This document shows, one piece after another, positions 17,962 to 24,344 of a stretch of DNA of 24,344 nucleotides. Within the stretch, counting starts at the first letter, position 1. Each line of letters starts with the position of its first letter. The stretch spans positions 1 to 24,344 of the IMG/VR virus record IMGVR_UViG_3300012953_000219; one strand, written 5' to 3'. Origin of the DNA: a virus (Duplodnaviria > Caudoviricetes). The position numbers were made by a program, and so were the translations under genes. The notes beneath the pieces were generated by a model, which ran no database searches, was not told the origin of the DNA, and saw only the letters and a list, made by a program, of their open reading frames with translations.

Positions 17962-18182
17962 CAGAAGCTACCCCCGTTGATAGTGATGTTGTTTAATACG
18001 TTTGTTGGCACAAATTTTGTGTTAGAAGCGTCATATATGAGTAATGCTCCATCGGCAATACCACCTTGCGAAGTATCAGTAAGGTCTACATCGGACATTC
18101 CTCCGATAGTACCCCCACCACCTCCCGTGGCGACTCGTGTTACTCTTGGAACCGCTTGATCCCCAAATCTTAGTCTTGCCAT
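17961..18182 (-). CDS. 73-aa small structural protein (Gly linker, LxDVD..DG.LL.YD..KF motif, C-terminal INGGSF)
   Basis: 1-nt overlaps with both neighbours. SD-like GAGGGGGT 9 nt upstream. The MSDVDLT..ADGALLIYD..KF motif is typical of fibre-associated repeats. Confidence 0.85.
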   Translation of the reverse strand: MARLRFGDQAVPRVTRVATGGGGGTIGGMSDVDLTDTSQGGIADGALLIYDASNTKFVPTNVLNNITINGGSF

Positions 18183-18520
18183 TAGACAGTTACCCCCTCA
18201 AGTACGCTGACAGAACCTTCTAGTACTCTGGATTTAATACCAGAGGTCGAAGTAATTACTACATCATATACATAACGACCTGACTTCATTGTGGTCGTTT
18301 GTCCATTAGTTAGAGATAATTGAATCTGACCCGCAGTAGCAGGTGATAGAATTGCAGCAGTTACAGTCTGAGACGAACTACTTGTATAATGTTTTTTTAT
18401 CTTACACGCTACTGAATATCCCGTTAGGTTAAATACTGTTCCATTATCGTTTTCAATAGTGAAGTCGATAATAAAATCAGATCCTTGATATATTAGTAGG
18501 TTGGATACAGCACTAGCCAT
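18182..18520 (-). CDS. 112-aa beta-sandwich structural protein (resembles BppU-N-like baseplate/fibre anchor)
   Basis: Pattern NL.I.QG.DF...F......LTGY.....I.K....G.I.LSL...QT..MK.GRYVYDV.I....RVLEG...V. The fold assignment is from memory of similar phage proteins. Confidence 0.85.
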   Translation of the reverse strand: MASAVSNLLIYQGSDFIIDFTIENDNGTVFNLTGYSVACKIKKHYTSSSSQTVTAAILSPATAGQIQLSLTNGQTTTMKSGRYVYDVVITSTSGIKSRVLEGSVSVLEGVTV

Positions 18521-18541
18521 TCTCTAAAGAATTTCCTATAT

Positions 18542-18563
18542 TATTTAGCTTAAACCTATTTAT
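18542..18563 (-). promoter_or_regulatory. Two tandem late-promoter-like motifs (ATAAATA 18557-18563; CTAAATA 18542-18548)
   Basis: Minus strand reads GGATAAATAGGTTTAAGCTAAATAATA upstream of the 112-aa gene. nTAAATA is the relaxed late promoter consensus of T4-like cyanophages. The AT-rich background weakens this call. Confidence 0.6.
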
Positions 18564-18780
18564 CCTCTTTATGAACCAAAGTTTGAACGAGTGCTTTAAG
18601 TTCTGCTACTTCATCTTTTAAAGTAGACATTTCTGCATCTTTTCTCTTTGCTTCCCTTCGAGCTTTCTTGTAAGCCTCATATGCACTTACATCAGTATTC
18701 AAAATTGCATTGGAATGTGGATCCCTACCGAGTTGGGTATGCCCTTCGACAGGTATCAGTTCAATTACATCTTTTTCCAT
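18556..18780 (-). CDS. 74-aa hypothetical protein with C-terminal coiled coil
   Basis: TAATG overlap with the upstream gene. VEGH..L.RD..S.AI.N.D...Y..Y motif followed by heptads (MSTLKDEVAELKALVQTL). Confidence 0.85.
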   Translation of the reverse strand: MEKDVIELIPVEGHTQLGRDPHSNAILNTDVSAYEAYKKARREAKRKDAEMSTLKDEVAELKALVQTLVHKEDK

Positions 18781-21700
18781 TATGCCAACGCTATTGCTCT
18801 AAAGTCTTTTACTCTAGGTATGTATGGTTGCCTCCAACTTAGAAGACTTATCTTAATCTGGAATGCATCAAAGTCATCGGTATCCTCTACACTAAATTCA
18901 TAATCAGTAAATGTGGTTAAATCATTTTGAGGAACTAATTCACCGCTATCTGGTTTACCATCAGTGTTAAAGAACTGGAATGGTAGATCATCAAGGTTAC
19001 CAGCATAACCAACTGGAACTAACTTATACATCACTACAATCTTAGATTGATTAAATGTATTAGAAGAAAGCATAACCTTAATACCACTAGCACTCTTCTC
19101 TAGTCTTGCTACCTTAGTAATGTAGTTAGCAGCACATTCTCCACCAATACCAGCAGTAGGTTCAATATTGTTGTATTGATTCGCTGTTGTAATGATCGCA
19201 CACTGAGTCAAATCAATTACAGGAGATAAATGAGATACCTCTGAACCAAGATTTATTTCCATAGTAAATGACTTAGCACTACTCATTCTATTAATTTCAT
19301 TTAACTGGTTAGCAACTATCTTAGTGTCTGGGAAGTAATTTTCCTCAGCAATAGTTATATCTTGCCATGCAGTGTCTTTAACAAATGAAGTTTCAGCACT
19401 CTCGCCAGATGGGTAAGGACCACAAGAGGTTCCGCTTGTACCCTTAACTCTAGAAATAATACTAGTTCTAGGTTCTACCTGACTTTGAATCTGTGGTGTA
19501 AGAACATCCCATGGAACGTTCTGAGAAATGGTTACGTTAGGTCCACCACAATTAATACTCTTACCAGCATTTTTGCCAGTAATCTTCAAGTTGTATGAAT
19601 GTGGACTATTAATAGAGACAACTCCACCTGTTGAACTATTATGAGTTGTATTGACTAAGGTTAATGGTATACCTGCAAGGTTATAGCACTGTACTATAGC
19701 ATCATCTGAATGTGATAATCCAGTTCCAGATCCTGAAGTACCTGAATAGTTTCTACCCGCAGAGTTGAGTGTGATGACATTACCACTAATACCCTCATAG
19801 GCAATAATCTCATCCCCACTACCATCTTCTTGTGTACCAAGTATTCTGAGGAAACCAAGGTTACTGCTACTTACAGCAGATCCACCTATTGTTGTATGGA
19901 ACTGAGAAGCATCATCAACAGTCAATGAAAGACCTGTTGTGGTCAAACCTGCTGCCATATTAACTGCAGTATCTGCAACTTCAGACGTTGCTCCACTAAC
20001 CTCAACATAGTTGAGACCAGACTGTTGACCATGATTACTATGAAATACTCTTATTTGATCACTACCAGATGTAGTTTGGAATGGATTACTTCTTAAATTT
20101 AAGAACCCACCGTTTGATTCGCCAAGTTGTGCATTTTCTAGTACAAGTGTACTATTTGCTGCTGTGGTAGGAAGTGTAAATTCTGCCCTATAGATCTTAA
20201 ACATAAGATCTTCATATTGAGTAGGAGTCCAAGTAGAAGCGTTTTGAGACTTAAATAAGACACCGATATATGGTTGCTCAGATATTTTTTCACCTGTATG
20301 TGCAGCATCAATAGCATCTTTACCAAGTAACGATATGAATACTTTATATTGGTTAGAATCAGATGTAAGAACGATAGCATGTTCTTTTCTGAATGGTAAA
20401 AATACAGGTGCTTTAAATGTAAACGTGGTTGGTTTGGAAGCATCTGTAGATGTAAATACATCATCAGGATCTTTAACTACCTTAGATAAAGGTAAAATAT
20501 CCTGTGTTGGAGTTCCATTCTCAACAGTTCTAATATCCATAGCAACAGGAATTTCAGCATCCTTAGTAAAGAAGAATAAATCAATTTGAGTTAAGAATAC
20601 TCCACCCTCTAAAGTTGAATCCTCAACAAGGAATGTCTGTGCTAGTGGATCACACCATCTAGTCTCTTCTTCTGTACTTACACTTGCACTAGTCAAGGTT
20701 CTGGCATCCTTCATATCCTCAGATGTCACCTTAGCATTTCTTACAGATATAATAGTCTCTTGAGTTGTCTCCAATAGACCTGACGAACTAAATTCTGCTT
20801 CACCATTAGAATCTGAGATACCAACTACCTTACTATCACTATCTGAGTCACTCAATCTGAATAACTTAGTACCAGTCTTAAATTTTTGATTGCCTTCAAC
20901 ACTTGGTTGATCAATAAAGAATGATCCTGTAAGTTTACCTTTCTTATCGGTAACTAGATCTTTGTTATTGACCTTTGCTATAGCACCTGAAGTTTCTCCG
21001 ACAATGTAGTCATTGATCTTAGGAGAACCATAATATGTTCCCTTTGCTTGGTCAGCAAGAGATTTAGTGTCAATATTAATAAACGATAAGTTTGACTTAT
21101 AATCACTAATAGATGTAATATCTGTACCGTCTAGTGGATTAATTTGGAACCCTTCATTAGGAGCTGCAACTCTTCCCTTAAACCTAAATTTACCATTTCC
21201 TTTTTTAACGTGAATAGTTTCACCAATTTGGAATGGGATACTGTTTGTCTGTGTGTCAGTAGATGGATCCTTAACCAATCCCATTATCTTAGGTGTAACC
21301 AGTTTCTTAGGAAGTGTAATACCATCAAAGAATGCAAAGAACTTAGTTCTTGGTTTTAGTTTCTGACATACAAACTCAATGTTCCTAGAACGCATGAATT
21401 GAATATGCTCAACTGATACAACTTTACTACCAAGAGATTTCTGTTCAATCACAGGAGTAACTCTATATCTAATACCAGTTCTGGTTTGTTTAGTAGTTGT
21501 AGTAACTGTCGTAGTGATAGTTCTATCTCTTCTTCTCTTATTCTGTCTTCTCCAAGCACCTGTATCAGTAGTTGTACTAGTTCCTGTCCATGTGGTCTTC
21601 CATGAGTTCCAATGAATAGGTGAGAAACCATTCTGATCTGCATTATATTCTCTAACTGTTGTCATGAAGTTACCTTCAACAGTAGGTCCCTTAAGAGGAC

Positions 21701-24344
21701 TAAGTGATTTAGTATCTACCCAATTATCATTTTCAGGATATAATTCAATATCACCAACATAAGTAAAGACGTTGAATGGGTTAACATTCTCCACAGCAGA
21801 AGCATATGGTTGATCTATAAGAACTGTAGATGAATATGGAAGTGTAATTATATCATCAGTCTGTTGTACATTTGCACTACTTGTACCATAGGTTAATGGA
21901 ACTTGAGTTGTATAATGAGCAGGTCTCATCTGACCTTCTTCAAAGTCAGTAGATACTCTATAATCAGGATGTAAGGTATCAGCAGTAGCAAGACTTGCAA
22001 AGTTATCTACTATAAAACCATTCTTATATCTACTAAGACCACTAGCATCTCTAACTTCCATGCTTGCTGTTTCACCCTCAAGTAGTGAAAGTTGGGTATA
22101 GTATTCAAGTGTTTTGATTCTATTCTCTAATACTGCAATGTCACGGAAAGTAAATCTTTTAAAGTTTGTCTCTTCTATACTAATATCATTATCAACATTA
22201 AACACATATGGTTTATATGTCAATGTAGCTAATAACATAGCATCATCAATGTCATCGGGAGCAGCAGGATTTGTAGCAGGAGCACCCTTAACTACCTGAA
22301 CAATATTATCCTTGTTCATAAAGACCTTATCAACCCTACCGAGATAGTGCTGTAGACTAAGAATAGTTGTATCTCCTACACCAGGTAACCCAGTTAAATT
22401 ACCAGTAAATGATCTATTGTCATAATCAAGATACTTAGTAGCACTTAATGTCCATGGAGAAGCAACAGAACCAGCACCAGATAGTCCTTCAGCAACTATT
22501 GGTCTAAAGTCAATAACATCTCTAAGTTCCTCATCATCAAATTTTGGTATAATTTTATATTCAGATGTTGGATATGAATCTACTGTATATGGATTAACTC
22601 CTGATGTAGTAAGGAAACGATCAACAATAACATATAATCTATGTGTTGGTGCTGTATAACCAGCTTTTCTTACAAGAGTTGAATAATCATAATACTGATC
22701 TCTTTGTCCATCATCGAGATCAAAGTTCTCAGTTACATTAATTGAACCTTTATTGTTAGTACCTGTGACAATTTTTAAAGTAGCATTAGGTCCAGTTATA
22801 GTTTCACCATCAGTAAAGACATCATCTTCTACTGGGATGAAGTAAACAATATTGCTTGTAGTTGATATAATTCTTCCTCTAGACCCTGAGGTGTCCCCTG
22901 TAATGACATCATCAACAGTTAAACTACCTAATAGGTTAGTGTATTGGAATTGTGGAAGAACTGGATCTAAAGCATTTTCAGATTCAAATATACCTTTAAT
23001 TTTAAATACATCACCAGTACCTAGAGAGATACGTTCATCATCTACTCTATATCCATTACCAGTGGTAGCAGTTGTTAGACCATTTGGACTACCAGATACA
23101 GTTGTCTTGTCAAGTTTGAGAATTTTCATCTTCTCAGTGGTCTTAGACTTAGCAGATCTATTAGAACTGTATACTGTGACGATAACGTCAATAGTACCAG
23201 AACCACCGCCACATAAACCACCTAAAGCAACAGACTGTGTATTAACAGATGGACTACCTGTAGTAAAGTCACCTTCTTTTAATATATCACCATCACCTGT
23301 ACCAGATGTTACACTAACGACAAAATCATCACCATCATCTGCATTTTTGATTAATAGACCTGATCCAACGTCAACTGTAGCAGATCCACTACTTACAGAT
23401 ACACCTGTTACAGCAACCCTGAAATAACCTGCAGGATTTTGATTACCAGCATTGTCAGTATTCTTTAATGCATTAAATCCAAGCGGTGTTATTAGTTTCT
23501 TCTTAGTTGCTTCTTTAATTTCTGGACGTGTTCTAATTACTGCACTGGTAATAGCACCATTAGTAAGTGTAGTAGAACCTAAACGAGTAATGTTGAAGTT
23601 ATACGCATCAGTTACAGCTGTAACAGTTGCCCTATGAGATGCACCATTGTTTGAGAACTCTACTATGTCTCCAACTTTTAACTGGGTATTAAAGTTAGAC
23701 AGTGTAGATGTGACAGTTGCAGATCCTCCAGAGTGACCTGATAGAATAGGACCTGAACCAGGTAATGCTACCTTGACATCTAGTACAGAATCAGCAGTAC
23801 CACCACCACTTGAGAATGCATATGATTTTACATCAGCAAAACTATAAACTTTAACTCCACCTGCTGCAATAGTACCCTGAGCAGCACCACCCGCATTATT
23901 GACCTTTAAGTCTTCTCCTGCAACAAAAGTACCATTAGTCTGGTAAAGATATCCAGTAGTACCAGAACCAGATCTACAGAACCCTGTAGCACCTGATGTT
24001 ACACCATATACCTTTCTACCATTTGTCCAAGTTCCACTACCTGTGAGAGTAATCTTGGTGAATAGTTGTGTATCTGAAAGATATGTTTTATAGATTGTTG
24101 CTTGAGTATTGAATGCTCCCGATTCATGATAGAAATTAAGAGATCTTGCTAAACCTATAATAGTACCTGCAGGTGTGCCTGGTGTTGAAGTTGCAGTATC
24201 CCTAAGTTCTATAGTTTCATATAAACTAGGTGCTTGATGTTGGTTTGTCATAAAGACATAGTTACCAAAATCAGATGTAAGGGATTGATTTAATACTGTA
24301 TCAAAAGTTCTTGGTTTATCTACATCTTTGTAACTTGTAGATAA
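18780..24344 (-). CDS. vrlC: VrlC-like (DUF4815-type) large virion/baseplate structural protein, 5' end beyond window
   Basis: The frame stays open upstream of the track's Met at 24251 (LSTSYKDVDKPRTFDTVLNQSLTSDFGNYVF). Characteristic motifs: FDLDDGQRDQYYD, LRDVIDFRP, FTFRDIAVLENRIKTLEYYTQLSLLE, RYKNGFIVDNF, ENVNPFNV, DPLAQTF, GVLFKSQNASTWTP.Q.EDL.F, PRVKDFRAIALA. Confidence 0.88.
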   Translation of the reverse strand, partial: LSTSYKDVDKPRTFDTVLNQSLTSDFGNYVFMTNQHQAPSLYETIELRDTATSTPGTPAGTIIGLARSLNFYHESGAFNTQATIYKTYLSDTQLFTKITLTGSGTWTNGRKVYGVTSGATGFCRSGSGTTGYLYQTNGTFVAGEDLKVNNAGGAAQGTIAAGGVKVYSFADVKSYAFSSGGGTADSVLDVKVALPGSGPILSGHSGGSATVTSTLSNFNTQLKVGDIVEFSNNGASHRATVTAVTDAYNFNITRLGSTTLTNGAITSAVIRTRPEIKEATKKKLITPLGFNALKNTDNAGNQNPAGYFRVAVTGVSVSSGSATVDVGSGLLIKNADDGDDFVVSVTSGTGDGDILKEGDFTTGSPSVNTQSVALGGLCGGGSGTIDVIVTVYSSNRSAKSKTTEKMKILKLDKTTVSGSPNGLTTATTGNGYRVDDERISLGTGDVFKIKGIFESENALDPVLPQFQYTNLLGSLTVDDVITGDTSGSRGRIISTTSNIVYFIPVEDDVFTDGETITGPNATLKIVTGTNNKGSINVTENFDLDDGQRDQYYDYSTLVRKAGYTAPTHRLYVIVDRFLTTSGVNPYTVDSYPTSEYKIIPKFDDEELRDVIDFRPIVAEGLSGAGSVASPWTLSATKYLDYDNRSFTGNLTGLPGVGDTTILSLQHYLGRVDKVFMNKDNIVQVVKGAPATNPAAPDDIDDAMLLATLTYKPYVFNVDNDISIEETNFKRFTFRDIAVLENRIKTLEYYTQLSLLEGETASMEVRDASGLSRYKNGFIVDNFASLATADTLHPDYRVSTDFEEGQMRPAHYTTQVPLTYGTSSANVQQTDDIITLPYSSTVLIDQPYASAVENVNPFNVFTYVGDIELYPENDNWVDTKSLSPLKGPTVEGNFMTTVREYNADQNGFSPIHWNSWKTTWTGTSTTTDTGAWRRQNKRRRDRTITTTVTTTTKQTRTGIRYRVTPVIEQKSLGSKVVSVEHIQFMRSRNIEFVCQKLKPRTKFFAFFDGITLPKKLVTPKIMGLVKDPSTDTQTNSIPFQIGETIHVKKGNGKFRFKGRVAAPNEGFQINPLDGTDITSISDYKSNLSFINIDTKSLADQAKGTYYGSPKINDYIVGETSGAIAKVNNKDLVTDKKGKLTGSFFIDQPSVEGNQKFKTGTKLFRLSDSDSDSKVVGISDSNGEAEFSSSGLLETTQETIISVRNAKVTSEDMKDARTLTSASVSTEEETRWCDPLAQTFLVEDSTLEGGVFLTQIDLFFFTKDAEIPVAMDIRTVENGTPTQDILPLSKVVKDPDDVFTSTDASKPTTFTFKAPVFLPFRKEHAIVLTSDSNQYKVFISLLGKDAIDAAHTGEKISEQPYIGVLFKSQNASTWTPTQYEDLMFKIYRAEFTLPTTAANSTLVLENAQLGESNGGFLNLRSNPFQTTSGSDQIRVFHSNHGQQSGLNYVEVSGATSEVADTAVNMAAGLTTTGLSLTVDDASQFHTTIGGSAVSSSNLGFLRILGTQEDGSGDEIIAYEGISGNVITLNSAGRNYSGTSGSGTGLSHSDDAIVQCYNLAGIPLTLVNTTHNSSTGGVVSINSPHSYNLKITGKNAGKSINCGGPNVTISQNVPWDVLTPQIQSQVEPRTSIISRVKGTSGTSCGPYPSGESAETSFVKDTAWQDITIAEENYFPDTKIVANQLNEINRMSSAKSFTMEINLGSEVSHLSPVIDLTQCAIITTANQYNNIEPTAGIGGECAANYITKVARLEKSASGIKVMLSSNTFNQSKIVVMYKLVPVGYAGNLDDLPFQFFNTDGKPDSGELVPQNDLTTFTDYEFSVEDTDDFDAFQIKISLLSWRQPYIPRVKDFRAIALA

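Noticed and set aside
7894-23637. Plus-strand ORFs such as 8510..8878, 16703..17077 and 22852..23427, and small nested minus-strand ORFs
   Set aside because: They overlap long genes, their P/V/A-rich text mirrors Gly/Thr/Ala codons on the coding strand, and they lack recognisable motifs.
24249-24251. Met at 24251 as the true start of the VrlC-like gene
   Set aside because: The frame is open to the window edge with protein-like sequence (DVDKPRT..FGNYV), so the gene starts outside the window.

Overview
AT-rich window (roughly 35-38% GC by eye), almost fully coding, all real genes on the minus strand. It looks like the baseplate/tail-fibre region of a T4-like marine myovirus, most likely a cyanomyovirus (Kyanoviridae-type); this taxonomy is inferred from gene content, GC and TATAAATA-type late promoters. 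In transcription order (right to left): VrlC/DUF4815-like structural protein (5'-truncated, >1854 aa); 74-aa coiled-coil protein; 112-aa beta protein; 73-aa protein ending INGGSF; 558-aa fibre ending IDGGTF; 70-73-aa coiled-coil protein; 2506-aa giant fibre-like protein; 177-aa protein; and a second giant protein (>2676 aa, starts at 8030, runs off the left edge) that the ORF track misses. No RNA genes, CRISPR arrays, integrases or reverse transcriptase were seen. The main observation is architectural: both giant proteins share a paralogous beta-helix scaffold into which small modules are inserted inside one another like balanced brackets, up to about 5 levels deep, with circular permutations. 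An intact amicyanin-spaced type-1 copper site sits at the innermost point of one nest. All domain calls come from manual translation and motif recognition, not from database searches.
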